Below, piece by piece: positions 43,417 through 52,270 of a stretch of DNA of 52,458 nt. Source of the DNA: a virus (lineage: Duplodnaviria > Caudoviricetes). The notes beneath the pieces were generated by a model, which saw only the letters and a program-made list of their open reading frames with translations, was not told where the DNA came from and did no database searches. Made by a program: the position numbers and the translations under genes. Numbering within the stretch: position 1 is the stretch's first letter; every line of letters begins with the position of its first letter. Location: the IMG/VR virus record IMGVR_UViG_3300022689_000070, positions 1 to 52,458 of that record. One strand, written 5' to 3'.

Positions 43417-44415
43417 TTAGCCTTCTTGTATGGATTGAATGACCTGATTGAGCAGGGTCATGTTTTCATCCAGCAAATCACCTGTTAGATTCTCAACAGC
43501 CAGCTCAGTCAGCGCTTCTGCCTCCTGTGCCAGCTCGGCCTTGCGCTTTTTGGTGATGGTTTTCTTGGACGCCTCATCGACCAGCAGCTTAATCTGGGTG
43601 ATGCACTCCACCTCGCTCTCTTCATCCGTCTCGACAAGCTCAGAATCCACATCAGCCTCGTTGCCTTCATTGCCCAGCGTCTGTTCCGGCTCGGACTCTT
43701 GCTGCTCGCGCTTCAGGTCCGCAGCTGTCTTCATGCCGGTGACGACCTCAGCTGTTTCAGTGGTGGTAGTGACCTCACTGAAGTCGGCATCCACTATGTG
43801 TGCATCTTCCCCTTCGATGATTCGCTCGGCCTCATCCTGATCGTAGATGCCGGAAAAGCTGAAGGCATAACGCAGGCCCTGTATCAAGGTCTTGTGTCGC
43901 AGCATGCGCTTGGTGTGCGTCTGCCATGGGCCGTTGACTGCATACGAGCCATTACGGCCACTACCCTTGAAAGGCGGACGGTACACCTCATCAAAATATT
44001 CCTTGATGATGACCGGGTGCTTGGAGCCTTTCTTGTAGATGGTCACCTCCATCCAAGCAGGACAGTTCTTATGCTCACTGGACTCGACCATCTGGTCAGA
44101 CTCAGTGAAGTGAAACCCGTCCATCTGCGGATGTTCGTTGGCGATACGCGCCCAACCATCTACACCCACAACAGGAACGATGCCGTTGTTCTTGTCGGGG
44201 AACGCATAGATTTCCTTGGTGAATGGATTGAGATTGTGCTGGTCCGCCACCACCAGTAGCGCAGCCATCTGCTCATTGGTGATGATGGTGCCCTCCTTTT
44301 GCTTGAAGGCCGTTGCTGCCAGCGTGGCCATAAGTTTATTGGCCTCGAGGTTGTACTTGTTGGCAAATTTACTTACCAGTGATTTAGGCTTTTCAGCCGT
44401 TTGCATGTCAGTCAT
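43417..44415 (-). CDS. bet: Bet/RecT-family single-strand annealing recombinase
   Basis: ALLVVADQHNLNPFTKEIYAFP..IVPVVGVDGW..PWQTHTKRMLRHKTLIQ..AFSFSGIYDQDEAERI closely matches lambda Bet. Confidence 0.93.
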   Translation of the reverse strand: MTDMQTAEKPKSLVSKFANKYNLEANKLMATLAATAFKQKEGTIITNEQMAALLVVADQHNLNPFTKEIYAFPDKNNGIVPVVGVDGWARIANEHPQMDGFHFTESDQMVESSEHKNCPAWMEVTIYKKGSKHPVIIKEYFDEVYRPPFKGSGRNGSYAVNGPWQTHTKRMLRHKTLIQGLRYAFSFSGIYDQDEAERIIEGEDAHIVDADFSEVTTTTETAEVVTGMKTAADLKREQQESEPEQTLGNEGNEADVDSELVETDEESEVECITQIKLLVDEASKKTITKKRKAELAQEAEALTELAVENLTGDLLDENMTLLNQVIQSIQEG

Positions 44416-44424
44416 TTCTTTCTC

Positions 44425-45333
44425 CTAGTATATTTCTTGGAACTTCGCATACCCCGGCATCGCTAAGTCACGAACGGGAATCTCATTTCTGTAGCCGTAA
44501 CCCGGCCACTCTCCACTTTCCTTGCAACGCGCATACTCAAGCATGGCGTTTTGGATCTGAATGGAACCTTGCCTGACCCACTGCGGATCAAGCTTATACA
44601 CCGCGCACTGGTAAGGCGGCTCCTTCTCAACCACGACAAAGAACATGCCGTTTTTAATATCCAGATTAAGGTCCTTGCTGGCAGCTCCGCCAGTGTAGAA
44701 GGCCTCCTGAATGTTGTAGTCGAACTTATGGCAGGACCTCTGGAAGCCACTGTAGGAAGCGTCATTGGTAGACTTTAAATCAACGATGCAGCTGTGAGCG
44801 TCGTTGTAATTGTCCATGCGAAACTTACACAGCTTTCCAGTGCCTTCGTACACATCACCGTCACCCCGGTCGATAAAGAAACCCGACGACTCGAAGTACC
44901 CGTCATCACAGAACACGCCTGCAAAAGGGTGATTCCTAACGCTCTCAGCCATCCTGTGAACCATGTCCCACTCCGAGACATTCCAGTAGTTGTCCGACTC
45001 GAAAGAACTCAGCACGGTGTAACCCATCTGCTCGCAAGTCTCTTTCCATATTTTTGCTTCCTTCGTGCGAAAGTCCGGGTACTTGGCCTGCTTGTACATG
45101 GCTTTGAATTTTTCAGGCTCGAACACCAAGCAGTGAAATGCGTGGCCAACCCGGAAGTCCCGGGTCTCTGGCCGTGGATGTAGGCGTCCATGCTGGAAGG
45201 TTAAAGGGGAGCGACGAAAATCCTTCAGGCCGCTGTTATTCATGCCCGGGGCTTTCCGGTATTCCTCGAAGTCCATATCAGGATAAAAGCCCAGCAGGCG
45301 GTCTTCTTTCTTTTCAGCTACCTCGTTCATCAC
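44425..45333 (-). CDS. RecE/exonuclease VIII-like PD-(D/E)xK nuclease (DUF3799)
   Basis: GHAFHCLVFEP, CKFRMD..IVDLKST, Y.IQEAFY, FVVVEKEPPY; adjacent to bet. Confidence 0.9.
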   Translation of the reverse strand: MMNEVAEKKEDRLLGFYPDMDFEEYRKAPGMNNSGLKDFRRSPLTFQHGRLHPRPETRDFRVGHAFHCLVFEPEKFKAMYKQAKYPDFRTKEAKIWKETCEQMGYTVLSSFESDNYWNVSEWDMVHRMAESVRNHPFAGVFCDDGYFESSGFFIDRGDGDVYEGTGKLCKFRMDNYNDAHSCIVDLKSTNDASYSGFQRSCHKFDYNIQEAFYTGGAASKDLNLDIKNGMFFVVVEKEPPYQCAVYKLDPQWVRQGSIQIQNAMLEYARCKESGEWPGYGYRNEIPVRDLAMPGYAKFQEIY

Positions 45334-45784
45334 TTAACCTACTTGAAAGCTGACCCGCCAACCACTGCACTTCTCTTTCGACGTAACAAAAATCCCGGTA
45401 AACCTCATCACCGAACCAAATCTCAGTCTTGTATGCAGGAGACAGATCACCAAGGTGGGCGCAATCAAAGCCTAACCACCAAACATCATTGTTAGCTGCA
45501 TCACATTCTTCGTGACAAATGCCCTTGGAGGGATCGCCGCTTTCATCACATAAACCCGAAAAAGTAAGACCACCGTGAATGTTCACGTCCACATCGTCAT
45601 AATCCTTTTTATAATACGGGTGCCCTTGGGGGACTCCAACGTAGCCACATAATGCCCCTGACCCTCCACGGACAATCAAGCAATCCAGCCCCGTGTCCTT
45701 GTCGACCCAGTGAGCCTTGTCTGGCTCCTTCTTCCAAGCGCCTTCACCCCAGTCACTTTTGTCTATCGTGTTCCAAGTCTTCAT
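45314..45784 (-). CDS. Conserved hypothetical phage protein
   Basis: LCGYVGVP..HGGLTF..WWLGFDCAH motif. Confidence 0.8.
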   Translation of the reverse strand: MKTWNTIDKSDWGEGAWKKEPDKAHWVDKDTGLDCLIVRGGSGALCGYVGVPQGHPYYKKDYDDVDVNIHGGLTFSGLCDESGDPSKGICHEECDAANNDVWWLGFDCAHLGDLSPAYKTEIWFGDEVYRDFCYVEREVQWLAGQLSSRLSDERGS

Positions 45785-45906
45785 GGCTCCTGCACCTCCA
45801 CAAAAAGAAAAAGGTAAAGCGCCACGAACGGGCGCGTAACGGGTGGAAATTGGTGTAAATATCTGCGCCTCATAGCTTCATGCAGCAGGTGGTTATCTTT
45901 TCTCAT
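45781..45906 (-). CDS. Small hypothetical protein (MRKDNHLL...)
   Basis: GGAGGACAGTGATG start motif at 45904-45917 defines the start inside the track ORF. Confidence 0.55.
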   Translation of the reverse strand: MRKDNHLLHEAMRRRYLHQFPPVTRPFVALYLFLFVEVQEP

Positions 45907-45919
45907 CACTGTCCTCCGA

Positions 45920-46135
45920 TTAACTAACGCAGGTAACATCGTTTTCAATAAGGTCCGTAATACGCAGACCCTCTTTGATGCCCTCGTCTTGGTAAATCTT
46001 CTTCCCCTCTGCGTGGGCGTCATGATAGTTGGCGTGGCGAGAAACTTCTTGCCACTCGTATTTTCCGCTATTCAGTTTGTTGTCTGGGTGCGGCGGTTCA
46101 ACGCACACAAACCTTTCTAAAATAAAATACATCAC
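45920..46135 (-). CDS. Small hypothetical protein
   Basis: AGGAGAACAGTGATG start motif. Confidence 0.7.
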   Translation of the reverse strand: MMYFILERFVCVEPPHPDNKLNSGKYEWQEVSRHANYHDAHAEGKKIYQDEGIKEGLRITDLIENDVTCVS

Positions 46136-46156
46136 TGTTCTCCTATTGCTTGAGTG

Positions 46157-46187
46157 ATTATAGTACCAGTTAAAAGGGTATTATCAA
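46157..46187 (-). promoter_or_regulatory. Sigma70-like promoter
   Basis: TTGATA, 16 bp spacer, TACTAT(AAT) on the minus strand. Confidence 0.5.
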
Positions 46188-46189
46188 TC

Positions 46190-46567
46190 CTATATTTCGC
46201 CGTCCAGAGACAGCACTCGCTTTTTGTCCTGCAGCTGCTCCAGCCATTTCACCTGCGTCTGGATCTCGGTGACGGCATTGTCAACATCCCACTCGAGATC
46301 ACGCAGACGCTGACGTCGGTCTTCCACTGCCTCACGCACCAGCCGATCCTTGATGATTTCAAAGCCGTAGGAATCGCGCTGACTCAACACCTCGATGTTG
46401 GGCAAGGTGCCACGACGCACGTATTTGTAGGCCTGTTTCACAGCTGATGCTTTGGCGCCATACTGCTCCACTTTGCCTATCCGCGATCCATCGACAGCGT
46501 GCCGCTGGACCTCCCACGCTTTGACTCCATTATTGAAATGCACGGTCACTAATAAAATTGGTCTCAC
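46190..46567 (-). CDS. Hypothetical protein with C-terminal coiled coil
   Basis: AGGAGAAGAACAGTG start. Confidence 0.7.
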   Translation of the reverse strand: MRPILLVTVHFNNGVKAWEVQRHAVDGSRIGKVEQYGAKASAVKQAYKYVRRGTLPNIEVLSQRDSYGFEIIKDRLVREAVEDRRQRLRDLEWDVDNAVTEIQTQVKWLEQLQDKKRVLSLDGEI

Positions 46568-46597
46568 TGTTCTTCTCCTAAGTTAAATCATAGTAGT

Positions 46598-46675
46598 GGT
46601 GCCAGACGCCGGACTTCATCCGACGCCAGCACCTTGGGTTAGAGAAACCACCGCGAGCATAGAACTCGCGGCGGC
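46598..46675 (-). other. Intergenic twin hairpins
   Basis: GCCGCCGCGAG/CTCGCGGTGGT and GGTGCTGG.CGTCGGA/TCCGGCG.CTGGCACC stems. Confidence 0.5.
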
Positions 46676-46693
46676 TTATTGGCATGGACCCGA

Positions 46694-47896
46694 TCACGCC
46701 ACTTTATCCAGCAGCTTGCCGGCCTTGCGCTCAAGGTCCAGACGTTCATCCTGTCTGCCCTTGCTACGCGCATGTGCTGTGATTCCTTGCACGAATTGCC
46801 AGACGGACTTCGGCTTGTCACCTTCTTCCTCGACAACGCAGTTAATCACTTCACGGACCTCTTTCTTGTTGAAGCCGCGATTACGCAGGAATGACTCCCG
46901 GTCATCGTCGTTGTAGGCCACGACAGCTTCCTTGGCTCGCTGTACGCCCTGTATTAAGGCCGCATCATTCGACTGGATGAAAGACTGCAGTGCCGGTCTG
47001 GCGGACTCCAGAAAGCGACGTGGTGCATTCTTGGAGTGGGTCAGGCGGATCTCCTGATACCCTTCCACGCCCCAGAGCATACGGTTGGCGCACGAGGCGC
47101 GGAAGTAAAAACAGGCTATGCCGAATGAGCGGTTGCCAACCTCGGAGTTCCAGACGTAGAAACCGCGGTACACGATGTCGTCTTCCAGCTCGCCCTGTTT
47201 GTTACGGAACGTGCCCACCTTTATCGGATGGGTGTGGTCCACGAGGAACAAGAACACATCCCGGTCACTGGCAAACAACGTCGTGGTCTGCTTGGTGATA
47301 GGCGCCTGCGTGTCATAGATCATGCTGTTACTATTCAGCAGGCCCGGGACCGTCCAGCAAGTATCACCGGCACCGTTGCCAGCCAGATTCCTGACCGCAT
47401 CCACCACGGCGTGGTCATAGATACGACCGTAATCAGGACCGGTAGCAGCACGCAGCTCCGTATTGCCGTTGCGCGTGGCATACACCTTGATGGCCTCAGA
47501 CCTGACTTCACTGATGCCCCACTGCAGGTTAATGCCTGCGATTGTGCCCGGGAGTGTCCGCAGGTACTTGGCCGGCGCTTTCACCAGCTGGCATATCTGT
47601 CCAAACGAGTAGTGGTTTGGATGGGTTACGAAGTCACCCTGCTCACCCGGGATAATGAGATCCAGATTCTCCGGGTCATCATTCTGGGCACTCACCTTGA
47701 TGTCGCGCACGTCGACTATCTGGTTGAACGAGTTGTCAGCAGCGTCTTTACAGAACGTATGCAGGCTGTCCAAGTCCAGAAACTTCTGGTCATCTGGACG
47801 GTGAAACCACTGGGAACCGATAGCGTGACTCCAGCCACCGGCATCTGCGTTGACGCCATGTTGCGTCGGGGTTATATCAATTACTTCACTCATCAC
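46694..47896 (-). CDS. DUF932-family protein
   Basis: QWFHRPDDQKF..RAATGPDYGRIYD..LFASDRDVFLFL..RGFYVWNSEVG..CANR. Confidence 0.85.
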   Translation of the reverse strand: MMSEVIDITPTQHGVNADAGGWSHAIGSQWFHRPDDQKFLDLDSLHTFCKDAADNSFNQIVDVRDIKVSAQNDDPENLDLIIPGEQGDFVTHPNHYSFGQICQLVKAPAKYLRTLPGTIAGINLQWGISEVRSEAIKVYATRNGNTELRAATGPDYGRIYDHAVVDAVRNLAGNGAGDTCWTVPGLLNSNSMIYDTQAPITKQTTTLFASDRDVFLFLVDHTHPIKVGTFRNKQGELEDDIVYRGFYVWNSEVGNRSFGIACFYFRASCANRMLWGVEGYQEIRLTHSKNAPRRFLESARPALQSFIQSNDAALIQGVQRAKEAVVAYNDDDRESFLRNRGFNKKEVREVINCVVEEEGDKPKSVWQFVQGITAHARSKGRQDERLDLERKAGKLLDKVA

Positions 47897-47912
47897 TGTT
47901 TCTCCTTGACGC

Positions 47913-48266
47913 TTATGCGTCGGTTAAGGTATCGACCACAAAAGCATTGATGCGGTCATAGTATTTACTAAGAACGAGGTCTGCTAATTCCTCGTCGATT
48001 TCTTCCTCAATTTTTGAGGTCATGTATTCCAGCAGCAACGCGACATACTCAACAGTCAGCACGTCTTGGAAAAGCTGAATTTCGTTCCTTGCCAGCACTT
48101 GGTGCTTCAGCCAAGCCAGCGCGATTTCACGCTGAGCCGTATCTGACAGTTCAGGCAGGCCGTCGACTTTTTGCTTGTGAAAATTAACCTGCACCTTAGC
48201 GTTATCAACAATCTGCTCGATTAAATTGATACGCGCTTTTGCTAAATTCAATTCATCTGAGGTCAT
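47913..48266 (-). CDS. Hypothetical helical protein
   Basis: 117 aa, AAGGAG RBS. Confidence 0.7.
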   Translation of the reverse strand: MTSDELNLAKARINLIEQIVDNAKVQVNFHKQKVDGLPELSDTAQREIALAWLKHQVLARNEIQLFQDVLTVEYVALLLEYMTSKIEEEIDEELADLVLSKYYDRINAFVVDTLTDA

Positions 48267-48414
48267 ATTCCTGCTCCTTTAAGTTATAGACGGTCCGGTT
48301 GCCAGAGGTGCAGTTGTACACATGGACCGGCACCTTCCCTGCCTCGTCCACAAAGGCGTCGACCAGACCGCCCCCGGTGAACAAGTAGGTTGAAAGGTTA
48401 ATGTAATCCCACAT
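48253..48414 (-). CDS. Small hypothetical protein (53 aa, MWDYINLSTY...)
   Basis: Read manually; GAGGTG RBS and TGATG coupling. Confidence 0.55.
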   Translation of the reverse strand: MWDYINLSTYLFTGGGLVDAFVDEAGKVPVHVYNCTSGNRTVYNLKEQEYDLR

Positions 48415-48671
48415 CACGCCACCTCTTCTTGGTTTGAGTTGGTGAACTGCCAGAAGTCACAGCTACCAATACCACCGGTATAGTAGGCCCGGTCAGACAG
48501 CGCCTGATCCAAATCTTCCTCATCCAGCTTGCCTTCCCAGTGTTCTTTGAACACCTCGATAAAAGCTTCTTTCACGTAGCCCGGCAGGGGCGGATAGAAG
48601 TTTACCGAGAGGTGGGTGTTCAGGGCCTGCTCGAGACCCTGAAATTCTACGAATGATTGAATGTCTTTCAT
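48414..48671 (-). CDS. Hypothetical protein
   Basis: 85 aa, GGAGG RBS. Confidence 0.7.
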   Translation of the reverse strand: MKDIQSFVEFQGLEQALNTHLSVNFYPPLPGYVKEAFIEVFKEHWEGKLDEEDLDQALSDRAYYTGGIGSCDFWQFTNSNQEEVA

Positions 48672-49054
48672 GACACTGCCTCCAGTTCTTTGTAGCCAGA
48701 GCTTTCGCCGTAGACAGCGAGATGCTGTTCAACGGTGGTGTACTTCCAAGTGTGGCCGTTGGTAGCCCACTGTGGTGGATATGAGTTCAAGTAGGCCTCG
48801 TATGGAGCGTCCAGACTGGTCAGCTCAGCAATGCGCCAGCCGGTACCAGTAGAGTGCGGTGCGCTGGTCTTGTAGTTTCCGGCCAAAGTAATGCCGCCAA
48901 GGTCCGACTGGAAGGAAACCACTCTTTTTCCGTCCCGGTCGGTGTAGAACCCATAGGTACCGGCCTTCGAGATGAAGACACGGAACCCCTTGGACAGAAG
49001 CTTGGATGCAAGCTCCTGTATTTTCTGTCGCTTATAATCAATCTTACTCATCAC
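48668..49054 (-). CDS. Hypothetical protein
   Basis: 128 aa, AGGGGGCAGTGATG start. Confidence 0.7.
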   Translation of the reverse strand: MMSKIDYKRQKIQELASKLLSKGFRVFISKAGTYGFYTDRDGKRVVSFQSDLGGITLAGNYKTSAPHSTGTGWRIAELTSLDAPYEAYLNSYPPQWATNGHTWKYTTVEQHLAVYGESSGYKELEAVS

Positions 49055-49060
49055 TGCCCC

Positions 49061-49372
49061 CTATTTCTTTTTCGCCGTAACAACGACGCGGTTAACTTCA
49101 GACTGCTTGGTGTTAGCTGAGACGATCTGGCGAGACGCGCCCAGCTTCTCAGCGATACCTTTCCAGTTGACCACTTTCTTGAAGCCCTGAGTGAACACGA
49201 CACGGAAGAGCTTACCTTCCGCTGGGTCACCACCCGTCAGGTTGAAGAGCAGGCCTTCGGCCCCCTTCAGCTGCTTTTTCAGGTCATCAATATCAGCGCG
49301 TAATTGGCCGATGTGATCTGCGATCGCTTCCGGGGAAGCTTCTACTAATTTTGCATTTTTAACTTTCATCAC
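49061..49372 (-). CDS. Hypothetical phage protein (coiled coil plus small beta domain)
   Basis: 103 aa, AGGAGAACAGTGATG start. Confidence 0.75.
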   Translation of the reverse strand: MMKVKNAKLVEASPEAIADHIGQLRADIDDLKKQLKGAEGLLFNLTGGDPAEGKLFRVVFTQGFKKVVNWKGIAEKLGASRQIVSANTKQSEVNRVVVTAKKK

Positions 49373-49386
49373 TGTTCTCCTGTTGG

Positions 49387-49812
49387 TTATTTTCTATCTT
49401 TGTAAATATCACAAACACGTTGCTGAGATATTCCGTATTCAGCAGCAAGTGACTTTCCTGATTCGCCGCTTGCTCTGCGCTGTTTAATTTCAGCGCGTTG
49501 CTTCTCGGTTATAAGAGCGCCAGACCTATGCGTGCCATGACGGACAGAGTCCAGCAAGTTCTCGCTCTGAGAACCCCAAGCCAAGTTTTCAGGCCTATCA
49601 TCTCTTGGGTCTCCATTTAGATGCCTGCTAACAGCGCCTTCGGGCCTAGGTCCGTGGTAAGTTTCCAAAACAAGCACATGCCTGCGTTGGCGAAACTTTC
49701 CATTTCTTATTTGATGGTAACCACCGCTATCAACAGACGGGGTTAGCTCACGAAAAACACGACCATCCTTGGTCACATATATTTCATTGTGTACGGGGTG
49801 CTGTTTCATCAT
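49387..49812 (-). CDS. HNH homing endonuclease with C-terminal HTH
   Basis: HVLVLETYHGPRP..RHLNGDPRDDRPENLAWG..EN; LAAEYGIS. Confidence 0.9.
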   Translation of the reverse strand: MMKQHPVHNEIYVTKDGRVFRELTPSVDSGGYHQIRNGKFRQRRHVLVLETYHGPRPEGAVSRHLNGDPRDDRPENLAWGSQSENLLDSVRHGTHRSGALITEKQRAEIKQRRASGESGKSLAAEYGISQQRVCDIYKDRK

Positions 49813-49843
49813 ATTCTCCTAGCGCAAAAAAGTATGGTAGCAA

Positions 49844-50431
49844 CTATCCCCAAGGCAATCCATATTTTTTGCTGCACACCTTTCCATATCCCACAGCTGT
49901 GGATTTCTCATCGCTAAGTGGGCGGCTGCAGAAGCAGCACTCACCGGTCAGCTTGCCGTACTCGCTGGCCACGCCTTCAGGGTCCTCGACCAGCGCATTG
50001 ATTACTTCGATGACACCGTCAGTGATGTCACGGCCAGCGCGAAACTGACCCTCGTGGATACGACCGAAATACTTGTTGTCACCATAAGGACCACCGTCAG
50101 TGATCTGGATGGCGCCCGGGGTGCGACTGCGGTCACCGGCTACGTGTAGGCGAACCGGATTGCCGTCCGCATCCTGAAGCTTAACCTTCGGGTGCTTCAG
50201 GCCAGCGCTCTTCGCACGGTTCAGGAATGAGGTGAGACCGTCAGCATTGACGGCAAACGCCTTGGGCTTGATTTTACCCGTGGCACGCTTGGTCAACTGG
50301 TCAACCCAGTAGGCCTGCTTCTCGGAAAGGTAACCGCGACGGTTAGCTGCGGTAATAAGGTTGTCGGCAAAACCGTGGTCTTTGGCCGGCAGGTTGGCGA
50401 GGTTATCGCGTAAGTCATCAACTGTGTACAT
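49844..50431 (-). CDS. Protein with C-terminal DUF6011-like Zn domain
   Basis: CCFCSRPLSDEKSTAVGYGKVC; first gene of the leftward operon. Confidence 0.8.
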   Translation of the reverse strand: MYTVDDLRDNLANLPAKDHGFADNLITAANRRGYLSEKQAYWVDQLTKRATGKIKPKAFAVNADGLTSFLNRAKSAGLKHPKVKLQDADGNPVRLHVAGDRSRTPGAIQITDGGPYGDNKYFGRIHEGQFRAGRDITDGVIEVINALVEDPEGVASEYGKLTGECCFCSRPLSDEKSTAVGYGKVCSKKYGLPWG

Positions 50432-50511
50432 GGATATACTCCCATCAAAGTAGCCCCTGAATCAGCGCGGGGCCTTCCGCTACCACTTGCGGTAAACACA
50501 AGATGGGGAGA

Positions 50512-50582
50512 ATAATACACCCCTGAATTTCAATTGCAAGGGTTTTTAATCCCTTGACACAGAATCCACATAGGAGGATATT
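50512..50582. promoter_or_regulatory. Divergent early promoters (PL/PR-like)
   Basis: Minus strand TTGCAA-16-TATTAT; plus strand TTGACA-17-GATATT; located where the two early operons diverge. Confidence 0.55.
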
Positions 50583-50589
50583 CGCGGTT

Positions 50590-50784
50590 ATGGAAAGTAA
50601 ATTATTGGAAGAGACGTTGGACCTACTGAGCAGGGCATCGGAGCAGCGACCAACCATCGCAGAGAACACCGGCCTGAAAGCAGACTGGCTCAAAGCATTA
50701 TCCCGGGGGGACTTCAAGGACCCGGGCGTAGTAAAAATTGAGACACTTAACCGGTACCTCAAAAAGAAAGGTAAAACGATTTAA
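50590..50784 (+). CDS. Cro-like HTH DNA-binding protein
   Basis: IAENTGLKADWLKALSRG..DPGVVKIETL; AGGAGG RBS; first rightward gene. Confidence 0.75.
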   Translation: MESKLLEETLDLLSRASEQRPTIAENTGLKADWLKALSRGDFKDPGVVKIETLNRYLKKKGKTI

Positions 50785-50791
50785 CTAGAGT

Positions 50792-50833
50792 GGCCCGGGG
50801 ACCCCGCTTTCCTTTGCCCCGGGTCTTTTTTTT
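50792..50833 (+). terminator. Rho-independent terminator after the cro-like gene (tR1-like position)
   Basis: GGCCCGGGG...CCCCGGGTC followed by T8. Confidence 0.7.
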
Positions 50834-50843
50834 ACAGGAGACA

Positions 50844-51125
50844 GTGATGAAGATTGAAAAAGACATACCCATCCCATCAACTCAGGCTTCTAACATGGCC
50901 GACACGGAGCTGTACGACACAATGAAACAGCTCGAGGTGAGGGACTCGTTCGCTATCAAGCTGGACGATGAACTTCGTGTTGACCACCCGGGCGTTAATC
51001 GCGTCAAGGCCGGGACTATACGCATGACCGTGGCAAGGTATGGGGAAAGACTAAAACGCCGTCATACGACCAGAATCATCCGTCAGGACGGAAAAACAGA
51101 GCTGCGTGTTTGGAGGACGAAATGA
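50844..51125 (+). CDS. Small putative DNA-binding phage protein
   Basis: MKIEKDIPIP..LEVRDSF..LRVWRTK pattern; AGGAGACAGTGATG start. Confidence 0.75.
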   Translation: MMKIEKDIPIPSTQASNMADTELYDTMKQLEVRDSFAIKLDDELRVDHPGVNRVKAGTIRMTVARYGERLKRRHTTRIIRQDGKTELRVWRTK

Positions 51126-51640
51126 ATAAACAAGAGATGCAAAAGAAAATAGATGATTTCAAAGCCTTTATTGAAAACGAAAAAGTTGCCAATGAAATCC
51201 AGATAGAAAGGCTCCAAGAGATGCTTGAAGATTGCTTTTGTGAGGAATGGGGTGACCCTGAGACTCATCGGACTAATGACACAGTTTTGAGTGGTGATGG
51301 CATTATTTATAGCACTTCAAGTACTTCGCTTCGTCCATACTGGAAGCGTGGACGTACAGGCACAAAAGAATACCTAAAAGCCTACGACAAAGCCGAGATA
51401 GCCACTGCCATTATCAAGCGATACCGGAAACATATCGGTGCGGATGAGTGTGATTGGAGTAATTCTATTATAAGCAAGTTTTGCTACGCATATGACTGGA
51501 GGTATCAAAAGTTTGATGTAATAGGTCATACCTTTTATAAAAACCCAAACGTTATCTACTGGTCAAAATATATTGAATTTGAAGACCTCCCATCTATCGT
51601 CCAAGAAGCCTATAACACGTTATTGGAGTGTGATGTATGA
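51122..51640 (+). CDS. Hypothetical protein
   Basis: GGAGG RBS before ATG 51122. Confidence 0.7.
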   Translation: MNKQEMQKKIDDFKAFIENEKVANEIQIERLQEMLEDCFCEEWGDPETHRTNDTVLSGDGIIYSTSSTSLRPYWKRGRTGTKEYLKAYDKAEIATAIIKRYRKHIGADECDWSNSIISKFCYAYDWRYQKFDVIGHTFYKNPNVIYWSKYIEFEDLPSIVQEAYNTLLECDV

Positions 51641-51879
51641 AAGCAAATGACTTAATTAATCCAAAATGGATAGAGGACGAGCAATCAGGGTGTAAATGGC
51701 TTAATGAAGGATTAACAGTACGTGACCATATTGCTATTCAGGCAATGCAAGGGATTATTTCTATTTATGATGCCAGAGACCTTCAAAACCAAAAAGACCC
51801 TGAATGGATAGCAATGCAGTCTTATCGACTAGCCGATGCCATGATTACCGAGTCCAACAAGGAGAATAGTGATGGGTGA
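51637..51879 (+). CDS. Conserved small phage protein
   Basis: GLTVRDHIAIQAMQG..SYRLADAM motif common in phages. Confidence 0.8.
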   Translation: MKANDLINPKWIEDEQSGCKWLNEGLTVRDHIAIQAMQGIISIYDARDLQNQKDPEWIAMQSYRLADAMITESNKENSDG

Positions 51880-52156
51880 TGTAAATGATCTGATAGATGA
51901 TATTGATTGGTACTCATACAACGTGCCCGGAGACCCTGCTTGCAAGTTAATAAAGAAATGCGGCAAAGCGTTATCCGAACAACAAGCCCTGCTGGATGAG
52001 TGTGAGAAAGCTTGCACTGAAATGTTTGAAGATTTTAAGAGAAGAGCTGATTTCTATGAAGCAAACAAAGAATATCTAGGTGGTTTAACTGTGGGCAATT
52101 CCGCCCTTGCTGGGTTTTCAGGAATGCTAGTCAAACTCCAGAACAGGAACAAGTGA
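51869..52156 (+). CDS. Hypothetical protein
   Basis: 95 aa, GGAGAATAGTGATG start. Confidence 0.65.
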   Translation: MMGDVNDLIDDIDWYSYNVPGDPACKLIKKCGKALSEQQALLDECEKACTEMFEDFKRRADFYEANKEYLGGLTVGNSALAGFSGMLVKLQNRNK

Positions 52157-52270
52157 ACAATGAAGCGTAATAGGGTATCAAGTATAGCTATCTCACAATG
52201 GGCTGTACTGAAAGCCACTCCTGCCAGTGGGATGATGCCTGAATATACTGGACGCTTCGCCAATGACAAT

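Noticed and set aside
47228-47950. Long antisense ORFs (240 aa here; also 43699..44259 and 22164..22742)
   Set aside because: They are shadows of well-supported genes on the opposite strand and lack RBS or recognisable motifs
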